Origin: Candidatus Limnocylindrales bacterium
GTDB taxonomy: Bacteria > Chloroflexota > Limnocylindria > Limnocylindrales > CSP1-4
DNA length: 59,756 bases
NCBI GenBank assembly: GCA_038211705.1
Contig: JBBQVJ010000001.1
Span: 1-59,756 of the forward strand
Reading direction: 5' to 3'
A program made the position numbers and the translations under genes. This document shows, piece after piece, positions 1 to 8,706 of the stretch; position 1 is the stretch's first letter; every line of letters begins with the position of its first letter. The notes beneath the pieces are model-generated. The model was not told where the DNA came from. It saw only the letters and a list, made by a program, of their open reading frames with translations, and searched no databases.

Positions 1-287
1 CTCGAGCTTCCGAGTCGCCGTTGACCGCGGAGGAGGCCTGGTCGCACGTTGCGGACTGGCTCGTCGCCGACGCCACCTGGATCCCCGTCCCCACGGAACG
101 GCACGCCGAGGTGCTCGGCGAACTGATCGCCACACACCAGCCGCGAGGGAACCTGATTCCCGATGCAGATCTAGCCGCTTTGGCGATCGAGCACGGCCTG
201 ACGATCTGCTCTGCCGACACCGACTTCGCTCGATTCACCGAGACCCGCTGGGAGAATCCACTCGCTATCAGATCGTCTTCGGAATGA
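1..287 (+). CDS. vapC: PIN-domain ribonuclease toxin (VapC family), 5' end outside window
   Basis: Frame is open from the window edge. C-terminal PIN signature LIPDADLAALAIEHGLTICSADTDFARF..WENPL. The ORF-track entry 21..287 is only the TTG-initiated part. Confidence 0.7.
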   Translation, partial: RASESPLTAEEAWSHVADWLVADATWIPVPTERHAEVLGELIATHQPRGNLIPDADLAALAIEHGLTICSADTDFARFTETRWENPLAIRSSSE

Positions 288-300
288 CACGACGACCGCC

Positions 301-930
301 CTAGCACGGCGCCGCGTTCGGGCCGAGATCCGGCGCAGGCCTCTCACCGCGTCGAAGTCGGTGTCGAACGAGGCGACCGCAGCGGGACCGATCTCGAGCG
401 CTACGGCCGCCAGGTAGGCGTCTGCGAAGTCGAGCCGACTCCGCTGGCCGTACCAGCGGTAACGCTCGCCGGGTCACGGAAGCTTCCATCACGACCAGGC
501 CGTCCGCATCAAGCAGCAAACCGAGGCGCTCCACGATGAGCGCCTGAGACCATCCGACGACGTCGCGCGTGACGTAGACGAGCTCCGCGATGACGATCGG
601 CGTCACGACCAAGCCCAGCTCTCCTGCGGCCACTCGGCGGAACACGTTTATGGCGGGCTGATGCAGCGGGTGCGCCGTGCCGGCGAGGAGCGCAACAAAC
701 AGGGCAACCGATGCGCCGGTGTCGCGCCAGCGGGTCCATGCCAGGATCGCGACCGCGGCCCCGGCCAGGACCGCGACGACGTTGATGGTGACGTCGAGCG
801 CAGGGGCGTCCTCGAGACCAGGGAAGGTTGGGTTGGACCAGACGGCCAGGCTGAACAGCCCCAACGCCACGATGAGGATCAGGATGCTGGCATCGAGCCG
901 CGCGATCCCCCGGTTCGATGCCGCAGTCAT
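301..930 (-). pseudogene. Chimeric remnant: 3-TM membrane-protein N-terminus fused in frame to a truncated, frameshifted PIN (VapC-like) domain
   Basis: Residues ILILIVALGLFSLAVW / INVVAVLAGAAVAILAW / SVALFVALLAG run straight into the PIN core VVTPIVIAELVYV..LLDADGLVVMEAS with no N-terminal D.NV motif. The PIN C-terminus (GERYRWYGQRSRLDFADAYLAAVALEIGPAAVASFDTDFD) is in another frame, with the switch near 465-475. Confidence 0.45.
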
Positions 931-1141
931 TGGCCTATCCACGCCGCGCATCCTACGTGGCGCGCGAGGTTCGTCGGCGGCGCCGGCCGGTGTCCGCAGC
1001 CCCGGCCGCTGCCCCCGGCCGCTGCCCCGGCCGCACCCCCGGCCCGTATGCAGCTGACGCATCAGCAACCCGATGAGCGAGCGTGATCACGTACCGATTC
1101 CGTTGAATTCGAGCCATGGCCAAGTGTGGTCAGCGCGAATC

Positions 1142-1966
1142 TCATGCACCAGCCGCATTCGGCGGGCCTGGCCGACGCTGACGGCCTGCCGCGCGCATGA
1201 AATCCGCGTAGTCGGCGTATGGCGCCGGCGATCGACGTCCATCCTGACGGAGCGGTCGCAGCCAACTCGTCCGTCGAGATAGCGGATCGATCATGGCGAC
1301 CGCCCGGCCGCGCAAAGGTGGGATGGCCTCCCCGTCGACCAAAGTCACGAGCTCACGGGATCGGACCGGAAATCCCATATTCATCGGCTCGCGGTTCGCA
1401 GAGGCCCGCTCGTCATTGGCGCTGCTAGCCAGCAGCAGGAGACAGCCGATCGACCGCGTCGGCTTCCAGCCCATCCGCCTCGCCACCGACATGGCCTCGC
1501 GTTCGTACCAGTTAAGAGAGCGCTCGATCGCGCCAAGATCGTGGATCTCCGTCTTGATCTCGATGACCAGGAGCCAGCCGGTCACAGGGTTGTAGGCCAG
1601 GACATCGATCCAACCCCGGGAGCGATCGCCGCCGACCTCGACTTCTGTCGCAACATCCCATCCGGCTCGTCGGAGCATCTTCGCGACATGGGCGGAACAT
1701 CGGGCGTGAACGGGCTCGCGTTGTCGCTGTCGATCGCTGAGATAGGGCGCGTCAACGGAGATCACGAGTCGGGCTCCCATCGCGGCCAGCAAGCGCTCCG
1801 CCGTCTCAAACGTCAGGTCGGAGAGAAGGCCGCGTTCCACTCGACAAACCTGTGATTGCGACATGCCGGCACGAGCCCCGAGCTCTGCCTGCGTCCACCC
1901 GATCGTCCCGCGGAGATTCGCAACGGTCGCTCCTACGATCTCGCGGCCGGGCTTTCTGATCTGCAT
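1142..1966 (-). CDS. XRE-family HTH protein fused to a PD-(D/E)xK nuclease-like core
   Basis: N-terminal HTH TQAELGARAGMSQSQVCRVERG. The core EVEVGG..GWIDVLAYNPVTGWLLVIEIKTE has the E..D..E.K arrangement. Arg-rich C-terminal tail. Confidence 0.65.
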   Translation of the reverse strand: MQIRKPGREIVGATVANLRGTIGWTQAELGARAGMSQSQVCRVERGLLSDLTFETAERLLAAMGARLVISVDAPYLSDRQRQREPVHARCSAHVAKMLRRAGWDVATEVEVGGDRSRGWIDVLAYNPVTGWLLVIEIKTEIHDLGAIERSLNWYEREAMSVARRMGWKPTRSIGCLLLLASSANDERASANREPMNMGFPVRSRELVTLVDGEAIPPLRGRAVAMIDPLSRRTSWLRPLRQDGRRSPAPYADYADFMRAAGRQRRPGPPNAAGA

Positions 1967-2247
1967 GAGCGATTCGTAACGGGAGGCACGTATCTGTCAC
2001 GTATCCGAGCGTGCCGGGGCGGCTGGGGCCCATCCCCGATATGCATCTGGCTCATCGGAAACGCCCTGGACGAGCGTGGCCGATCCCGACTTCTGCACGA
2101 AACGCGGTCCGGCCGAGCGTGAACGACCTCGATCTGATGACTGAGCTGCATATCCGTGCGAATGGGGACGGGTCGATGGGGAAACGGCAACAGGAACTGC
2201 GAATGGGGATGGTCGGGCGTCCACGACGCCGCCCTATACTCGAAGCC

Positions 2248-3027
2248 ATGTTCAGCGGCACGTCCGCGAGGGCCCACGGGCCGGCGGTACCACGCATCCT
2301 CCTCGTGGACGACGATCGGGACCTGCTCGTCCCGCTTGCCGAGCAACTCCGACACGACGGGTTCGAGGTCACGACGGCGCGCGATGGCGAGGAGGCACTT
2401 CGACGCCTCGACACCGCCTGGCCCGACCTCCTGATCATCGACCTGCTGATGCCGCGGATGGATGGTCTGACGCTCGCGCGCGAGATCAAGGCCCGGGCGG
2501 ACCTGCCGATCATCGTCCTGTCAGCGATCGATGCCGGCGACAACAAGGCCGACCTCCTCGACGAGTTCGCCGAGGACTACATCACCAAGCCCTACCACTA
2601 CTCCGAGCTCCGGGCACGGATCCAGCGGGTCCTCCGTCGCGTCGGCGAAGGCGTCCCGCGCAAGGGGCTGGACCTCGGGCCAGACCTCGTCCTGGAGCTC
2701 CATCGACGGCGGGCGATCGTCCGGGGCGAGGCCGTCCAGCTGACGCCGACCGAGTCGCGGCTGCTCTTCGCCCTGGCCGCGAACCTCGGCCACATCGTCA
2801 CGACCGAGACGCTCCTGAGCCGCGGCTGGGCCGAGACCGACGACGCCGAGCCGTCCTATGTCTGGGTCACGATGCGGCGGCTGCGCCAGAAGCTCGAGGT
2901 CGATGCCAACCACCCGCGCCATCTCGTGACGGCACGGGGCGTCGGATACCGGTTGGTGGCGGCCAGCCCGGGCGCCGCGGTCGCGACCGACCCGGAAGCG
3001 ACGGCCGCGACCGACCCCGAGGCATGA
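2248..3027 (+). CDS. OmpR-family response regulator
   Basis: Receiver motifs ILLVDDDRDL and LLIIDLLMPRMDG; winged-helix output (LTPTESRLL..ARGVGYRL). Start taken at Met80 of ORF 2011..3027. ATGA overlap with the kinase gene. Confidence 0.9.
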   Translation: MFSGTSARAHGPAVPRILLVDDDRDLLVPLAEQLRHDGFEVTTARDGEEALRRLDTAWPDLLIIDLLMPRMDGLTLAREIKARADLPIIVLSAIDAGDNKADLLDEFAEDYITKPYHYSELRARIQRVLRRVGEGVPRKGLDLGPDLVLELHRRRAIVRGEAVQLTPTESRLLFALAANLGHIVTTETLLSRGWAETDDAEPSYVWVTMRRLRQKLEVDANHPRHLVTARGVGYRLVAASPGAAVATDPEATAATDPEA

Positions 3028-4526
3028 CGCCACCGATCCGGTCGCGTATCGAACGCCGCGAGCAGGCCGAACGGCTGGCATCGATGGAAGACGAAGCGTT
3101 GCTGTCGGTCGACCCGAAGGCGACGCGCGAACCCGGATCGGGCCGCCGCTTCTCATTCCAGACGCGGCTGACCCTGACGCTCATGGCGGCAGCGATCGTC
3201 CCGCTCGGTGTCTTCGGCCTGCTGCTCCTCGCCACCGGCGCGGTGAACCTGGAGATCGGGACGCGACTCCTGCTGTTCATGTTCGCGTTGGCGGTCGCCA
3301 TCGGCGTCCTGGCTGGCGCTGCCGTTGGGCTCGACCTCGTCGCCCCACTGCGCGAGATCTCGGCGGCGGTCACGCGCGTCTCAGCGGGCGACTTGAGCCA
3401 GCCGATCCCGGTCGTCGGCAACGATGCCATCGCCCAGCTCGCCGAGAGCCACAACCGGCTGGCCAGCGACGCAGAGCGGCGCAATCGCCAGCTCGGGCTG
3501 ATCCTGGCCGCCGTGGAGTCGGCGGAGCCACGGGACGGCGTCGAGTCAATGGCCACCCGGGCCGCGCTCGACGCCCAGAACGCCTTCGGCTTCATCGCCG
3601 CCGAGGTGCGCTTCGTCGATCCGGACTCAGTCGAGCCCGAGGAGCGTATCCCGGGTGTCTCCGTCCCGATCCGGGCCGAGCTTCGGGCGGGCGACGAGCG
3701 GCTCGGGTTGGTGCTGGCCAGCCTGCCCGCGACGCGGACCTGGGAGCGCGCCGACCAGACGTTGCTGGACCTCTATGCTAGCGAGATCGGCGTCGCCATC
3801 CGCAATGCCGAGCTGTTCAACCAGGTCCAGGACCAGAACCAGCAGCTCCGCCAGCTGAGCGAGGTCAAGGACGACTTTCTTCGCGGGGTGAGCCACAACC
3901 TCCAGACACCGCTGACCTCGATCCGGTCCAACGCCGACGCGCTGGCCGCGACGGACCACGATCCGCGGCTCACCGTCATCTCCGACCAGGCCGATCGGCT
4001 CACCCGGATGGTCCAGCAGCTGCTCCTCGTCGGCCGGCTGGAGTCGACACCGCCGCGGCCCACCGCGGACGTCCTCGCGATCGGGCCACGCGTCCAGCGC
4101 GCCTGGGATGCGCTGGCCATCGCCGACCGCTCGCTGGTGCTTCGTGACGGCGCCCCGGACTGGCTGGCCGTGGCCGACGCGGACCAGCTCGACCAGGTCC
4201 TCTGGGCGCTGCTCGACAACGCCGTGAAGTACGGCCAGGGCACGATCACCGTAGAGATCGGCGCGGATCCGGCTGAGCACTCGTTGTGGACGACCATCGC
4301 CGATGAGGGCCAGGGTCTCGAGGAAAGCGATCGGGCGTGGCTGTTCGGACGCTTCGAACGCGGCGCCGCGGGTCGGACGAGCGGCAACGGCAGCGGTCTC
4401 GGGCTGTACGTGTCGCGCGCCCTGATGCGCGGGATGGGCGGGGACCTGGTCCTCGACATCACCCCCGGCGGACGTGGCTCGACCTTCCGGGTGACCCTCC
4501 CCGGCGAGCCGGCCAGCGAGACCTAG
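3024..4526 (+). CDS. Sensor histidine kinase (2 TM, HAMP, GAF-like, HisKA, HATPase_c)
   Basis: H-box FLRGVSHNLQTPLTSI, N-box LLDNAVKYG, G-boxes DEGQGL and GSGLGLYV. Translationally coupled to the upstream response regulator. Confidence 0.9.
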   Translation: MTPPIRSRIERREQAERLASMEDEALLSVDPKATREPGSGRRFSFQTRLTLTLMAAAIVPLGVFGLLLLATGAVNLEIGTRLLLFMFALAVAIGVLAGAAVGLDLVAPLREISAAVTRVSAGDLSQPIPVVGNDAIAQLAESHNRLASDAERRNRQLGLILAAVESAEPRDGVESMATRAALDAQNAFGFIAAEVRFVDPDSVEPEERIPGVSVPIRAELRAGDERLGLVLASLPATRTWERADQTLLDLYASEIGVAIRNAELFNQVQDQNQQLRQLSEVKDDFLRGVSHNLQTPLTSIRSNADALAATDHDPRLTVISDQADRLTRMVQQLLLVGRLESTPPRPTADVLAIGPRVQRAWDALAIADRSLVLRDGAPDWLAVADADQLDQVLWALLDNAVKYGQGTITVEIGADPAEHSLWTTIADEGQGLEESDRAWLFGRFERGAAGRTSGNGSGLGLYVSRALMRGMGGDLVLDITPGGRGSTFRVTLPGEPASET

Positions 4527-4631
4527 CCTCGGAGTTCCGGTGTCGGGCCGCACCGGATGGATAGCCGCCACGATCGATATCGGGTACGGTGACCGAGCGT
4601 CACCATCGCGTTCATCCCAGGGGACCGATCC

Positions 4632-5654
4632 ATGTTCCAGGAACCCGTCCAACCGACCCTTCGCGAGAGTCCGCCGACACGTCGCCCTGGCGGCCGACGC
4701 GGGCTGATCGGTCTCGTCATCGTCGCCTGCCTGGTCCTGGTCATCCCCATCGTGGGCGTCATCGCCACCGGCGCACCCCAGCTGTCCACGATCACTGCCG
4801 GGGCATCGCCTGCACCCGACGCCTCGGCCGGAGCCAAGCCCGGGCATGGCAATGGCAACGGCCAGGGCAACAACGGCCGCGGGCCCAAGGACAAGGCGCT
4901 CAAGGGCAACGGCGGCCCGGGCAGAGGTCCGATCTCGATCAGCGCCATCGCCGGCGCGCAGGTGTCGCTCCGGACTGACGATGGCTGGACACGCACCGTG
5001 ACCGTCACCTCGACCACAGTCATCACGAAGGGCGGCCAGGCGATCGCCGCGAGCGATCTCAAGGTCGGCGATGTGATCCGTCTCCACCAGGTCCGCAACG
5101 CGGACGGCACCTTCACTGTCGATGCGATCGTGGTCCCGACGCCCAAGGCCGGCGGTGAGGTCACCGCGGTCGATACGAGGAGCATCACAGTCAGGGACGG
5201 CCACGGCACCCGTGTGCTCGTCGTCAACGGGACCACGCTGTACAAGCTGGGGTCGGCGGCGGCGACAAAGGCGGACATCAAGGTGGGCTCGGACGTCGAG
5301 GCCCAGGGCACCCTGAGCGGCGAGACGTTCACGGCGACCACGATCCAGATCGCGCTGCCGCGAGTCGCCGGTGAGGTCACGGCCAAGACGGGCTCCACCA
5401 TCACTGTGAAGCAGGCCGACGGGACGCCCGCCACGATCCATGTCACTGCTGCCACGACCTACAAGGTCAAGGGCAACAAGAGCGCCACCGCCACTGATGT
5501 CGCCGTTGGCGATCAAGTGAGCGCACAGGGCGCCCTTCGCGCCGACGGCTCGCTCGACGCGGTCACGGTGCAGACCAAGGGGCCGAAGGGCCAGCACGGT
5601 GACCAGGGCGACGACGACGATGACGGCGCAGCCGCGAGCGCGGCGCCCGGCTGA
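4632..5654 (+). CDS. Membrane-anchored/secreted protein with repeated DUF5666-like beta domains
   Basis: N-terminal TM GLIGLVIVACLVLVIPIVGVIA. Three or four repeats of the type GEVTAVDTRSITV..DG..T..V...T.Y. Gly/Asn-rich linker and acidic tail. AGGGGA RBS upstream. Confidence 0.7.
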   Translation: MFQEPVQPTLRESPPTRRPGGRRGLIGLVIVACLVLVIPIVGVIATGAPQLSTITAGASPAPDASAGAKPGHGNGNGQGNNGRGPKDKALKGNGGPGRGPISISAIAGAQVSLRTDDGWTRTVTVTSTTVITKGGQAIAASDLKVGDVIRLHQVRNADGTFTVDAIVVPTPKAGGEVTAVDTRSITVRDGHGTRVLVVNGTTLYKLGSAAATKADIKVGSDVEAQGTLSGETFTATTIQIALPRVAGEVTAKTGSTITVKQADGTPATIHVTAATTYKVKGNKSATATDVAVGDQVSAQGALRADGSLDAVTVQTKGPKGQHGDQGDDDDDGAAASAAPG

Positions 5655-5677
5655 CAGAAGGCGAGTGAGATCGATCG

Positions 5678-6316
5678 ATGGTCTGGGATGACAGCTTTGA
5701 CTTGACCGCGTCCGCGGGCGCGAGCGCCTCCGTCGAGGTGGTGGGGACGAACCTCCGCCTGACCGGGGCCGTCTCGCTCGGACGGTTCGGGCGACTGACC
5801 GACCTGATCAATGCCTCGAGCGGGTACCTCCGCGTCCGCGATGCCCGGCTGCTGCGCCGCAACGGCGAGCCGACCAGCCTCGTCCTGCCGGAGCTGATGG
5901 TCGATCAGGACGAGATCTCGTTCATCGCCCAGCACGAGTCGCCGGCGTCCGAACCCGGGTCGGCGGCCGGCTTCATCGAATCGAGCTTTGGTGGCATGGA
6001 GATCGAGGCGCGCAAGGCCCGCGAGTTCGTGCTTTTCACGCCGGGCCACACGGTGACCGGCAATGTCCACGTCTTCGGCCAGACGGACCTGGCGGGCTTC
6101 GTGGACTCCACGGATCCGCGGTTCGTGCCGGTCACAGAAGTGACGACCCGTTCGCTGGCCGATACCCGGATCGTCAGCCGCTACGCCTTCGTCCTCATCA
6201 ACCGGACCCAGATGATCGCCGCGGCCGAGGTGGGGCGCCAGGACGAAGCGGCCGCCGCCGGGCCACAGGATCAGGTCGCCGAGACCGACCTCGCGGGTCT
6301 CAAGTCCGTCGACTGA
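5678..6316 (+). CDS. Hypothetical cytoplasmic protein with an apparent two-fold internal duplication
   Basis: High GC3 ORF with no signal peptide. Halves LTGAVSLGRFGRLTDLIN..VRDARL and VTGNVHVFGQTDLAGFVD..VTEVTT align loosely. Confidence 0.55.
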   Translation: MVWDDSFDLTASAGASASVEVVGTNLRLTGAVSLGRFGRLTDLINASSGYLRVRDARLLRRNGEPTSLVLPELMVDQDEISFIAQHESPASEPGSAAGFIESSFGGMEIEARKAREFVLFTPGHTVTGNVHVFGQTDLAGFVDSTDPRFVPVTEVTTRSLADTRIVSRYAFVLINRTQMIAAAEVGRQDEAAAAGPQDQVAETDLAGLKSVD

Positions 6317-6480
6317 CGCCGGCTGGGTGGGTCTGGTGCGGACCGGCACTCCAACGTACTGCCAGCGATAGCCCATTCGACCCGTCGTTCCTCGTATGGC
6401 GCGGGACTGACCATGCCCGAACCGGACTCTTCATCGTCTTGCTTTTTTTCGAGACGAGTCCCCGCATGGAAAGGGCATCG

Positions 6481-7485
6481 ATGGCCTCATTCCCGATTCC
6501 GATCCGCCGACTCCGAAAGCCGATGACGCTGCTGCTGGCGGGAGCCCTCGTGATGGGTATGACCGGCGCCGTCGGGGCGGCCTCGCCCTCCGGCTCCGGC
6601 CTGATCAAGGCATGCGTCATGCGGACGACCAAGGTCGTCCGTCTGAGCATCTACGCGAGCCCGACCTGGTGCAAGAAGACCGAGGTCTATCGCGCCTGGA
6701 ACGTCAAGGGTCCCAAGGGCGATATCGGCCCGGCCGGTCCCGCCGGTCCCAAGGGCGACACGGGAATTACGGGCCTTCAGGGCCTGCAAGGAATCGCCGG
6801 CCTCACCGGGCCCGCCGGCATCCAGGGCCCCGCGGGGCTCAAGGGCGATCCCGGCGCGGCCGGGGCTACCGGGCCTGCCGGTCCCGCCGGAGCTATCGGA
6901 CCTGCCGGTCCCGCCGGGGCTGTCGGAACTGCCGGTCCCGCCGGAGCTATCGGACCTGCCGGGCCTGAGGGTCCTGCGGGTCCCGCCGGCGCCGCAAGCA
7001 CCGTAGCCGGTCCCGAGGGTCCCGCCGGTCCTGCTGGTCCTGAAGGGCCCGCGGGCGCCGCTAGCACTGTTGCGGGTCCCGCCGGTCCTGCTGGTCCTGA
7101 AGGGCCCGCGGGCGCCGCGAGCACCGTTGCCGGTCCGGAGGGCCCCGTTGGTCCTGCTGGTCCCGCTGGGCCTACCGGCAACACCGGCGCTGCCGGTCCC
7201 GCCGGCGGCATCAACGGCGTGACCCGGGCGACCGGCACCACGTCCGGCTACGCAGGGAACGAGAACGTCGGTGCAACCGTCACGGCCATCGCGACTTGTT
7301 CCACGGGCACGATCGTCACCGGTGGTGGCGACGTCAACGGCAACAACGTCCGGCACTACGCCGCGATCACGTCCTCCTATCCGAGCAGCGCGACCACGTG
7401 GACCGTCATCGCGACGATCGTGGCCGGCACCCAGGCCAACGGCAATCCGCCGTCCCTCACCGCCTACGCGCTCTGCGCTTCGTAA
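6481..7485 (+). CDS. Secreted collagen-like triple-helix repeat protein with a Cys-containing N-terminal module and a C-terminal globular domain
   Basis: Signal peptide MASFPIPIRRLRKPMTLLLAGALVMGMTGAVGA. About 55 Gly-X-Y triplets (6709-7209) with three GAASTVA interruptions. C-terminal domain ..ATCSTGTIVTGGG..SSYP..TWTV..AYALCAS. GAAAGGG RBS before the Met at 6481. Confidence 0.85.
   Translation: MASFPIPIRRLRKPMTLLLAGALVMGMTGAVGAASPSGSGLIKACVMRTTKVVRLSIYASPTWCKKTEVYRAWNVKGPKGDIGPAGPAGPKGDTGITGLQGLQGIAGLTGPAGIQGPAGLKGDPGAAGATGPAGPAGAIGPAGPAGAVGTAGPAGAIGPAGPEGPAGPAGAASTVAGPEGPAGPAGPEGPAGAASTVAGPAGPAGPEGPAGAASTVAGPEGPVGPAGPAGPTGNTGAAGPAGGINGVTRATGTTSGYAGNENVGATVTAIATCSTGTIVTGGGDVNGNNVRHYAAITSSYPSSATTWTVIATIVAGTQANGNPPSLTAYALCAS
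6988..7131 (+). repeat. Near-identical 57-66 nt tandem repeats inside the collagen-like gene
   Basis: Peptide unit GAASTVAGP(E/A)GPAGPAGPEGPA occurs three times. The DNA copies differ at only a few third positions. Confidence 0.75.
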
Positions 7486-7510
7486 CCGGACCTTCGGTCC
7501 GACGACCTGG

Positions 7511-7543
7511 AACCCCGGCTGGAACGACCAGCCGGGGTTTTCG
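7511..7543 (+). terminator. Rho-independent terminator after the collagen-like gene
   Basis: Stem CCCCGGCTGG (7513-7522), loop AACGA, stem CCAGCCGGGG (7528-7537), then TTTT. Confidence 0.6.
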
Positions 7544-7615
7544 ATTCGTGCCGCCGGGGCCTGGTCCCGGGACCGTTCGGGCGACCGCACCGCATGCGCC
7601 CGTACAATCGGCCGC

Positions 7616-8401
7616 ATGTCCACTCCCCTCCCGGCCTCCGATCGGGTCGCGCGCCTGTCCTATTTCTTCCCCGCGCACAACGAGGAGGCGAACCTCGAGG
7701 CGCTCGTGGCCGAGGCGCTCGAGACCCTGCCGACGGTCGCCGAGGCGTTCGAGATCATCGCGGTCGATGACGGCTCGAAGGACGGCACGCCCGCCCTTGC
7801 CGATGCGCTCGCGGCCCGCCACCCCGACGTCGTTCGCGCCATCCACCATCAGACCAACCTGGGCTACGGCGCGGCCCTGCGGTCCGGCTTCGCCGCCGCC
7901 CGCTACGAGCTCATCGCGTTCACCGACGGCGATCGCCAGTTCAAGATCGCGGACATCAGCCGGCTGACCACGCGGCTCGCGGAAGCCGACCAGCCCGATG
8001 TCGTGGTCGGCTTTCGGATCAAGCGCGCCGATCCGCTGGTCCGGACGCTCTACGCACGGGCCTATCGGCTGGCGAACCGGATCTTCTTCGGCCTGAAGGT
8101 CACCGACGTCGACTGCGCCTGCAAGCTCTTTCGACGCGAGGCGGTCGAGGGCATTCGTGTCGAATCCGGCGGCGCCTTCTTCTCGGCCGAGATGATCATC
8201 AAGCTGCGAGCGGCCGGCCGGAGCGTGGTCGAGATCGGCGTCCCCCACTACCCGCGGACCGCCGGCTCGGCGACGGGCGCCAGGCCAGAGGTGGTCCTGC
8301 GCGCGGTCCGCGACTTCTGGTCGCTGCGACTGCGGATGTGGGTCAATCGCTCGCGGGCCCTGGGCCGTGGTGATCGGATGACGTCCCCGCCGACGGCCTG
8401 A
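7616..8401 (+). CDS. Family 2 glycosyltransferase (polyprenol-phosphate sugar synthase / DPM1-like)
   Basis: LSYFFPAHNEEANL..IIAVDDGSKDGT..NLGYGAALRSGF..FTDGDRQF. Start taken at Met116 of ORF 7271..8401. Confidence 0.85.
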   Translation: MSTPLPASDRVARLSYFFPAHNEEANLEALVAEALETLPTVAEAFEIIAVDDGSKDGTPALADALAARHPDVVRAIHHQTNLGYGAALRSGFAAARYELIAFTDGDRQFKIADISRLTTRLAEADQPDVVVGFRIKRADPLVRTLYARAYRLANRIFFGLKVTDVDCACKLFRREAVEGIRVESGGAFFSAEMIIKLRAAGRSVVEIGVPHYPRTAGSATGARPEVVLRAVRDFWSLRLRMWVNRSRALGRGDRMTSPPTA

Positions 8402-8706
8402 CCGCCGCCGCCCGACCGTCGGCCCGGATTCGTCGTCGGTCTTGGGACTCTCGTTGCGACCGTGCAACGGATTGCCATAAGGCCCTGGTGCGGTGCGGAT
8501 CGGTCCGCAGATATTTGGGCTATTCAGGTCTGGACACGACCAGTATCATCGGCCGCCCTCTGGCGCATACGATCGCGCCGTTGGTCCTATGGCCAGACCG
8601 GTACCTTTGCCGGTCGCTCTCATCGATGCCAACCGGCATCACCAGCACAGAGGCTGTCGACTTTATCGACGCATCGCATGGTCGCAGACCAGAGGGGAAT
8701 CGATTG

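Noticed and set aside
3627-5597. 656-aa minus-strand ORF across the kinase and DUF5666-like genes
   Set aside because: It has no recognisable motifs, is extremely rich in Arg/Gly/Asp, and fully overlaps two well-supported plus-strand genes.
6421-6460. T7 run (GCTTTTTTTCG) as a terminator after the hypothetical gene
   Set aside because: No GC-rich stem precedes the T-run; only a 5-bp CGTCT/AGACG pairing spans it. It is more likely AT-rich promoter-proximal DNA of the collagen-like gene.
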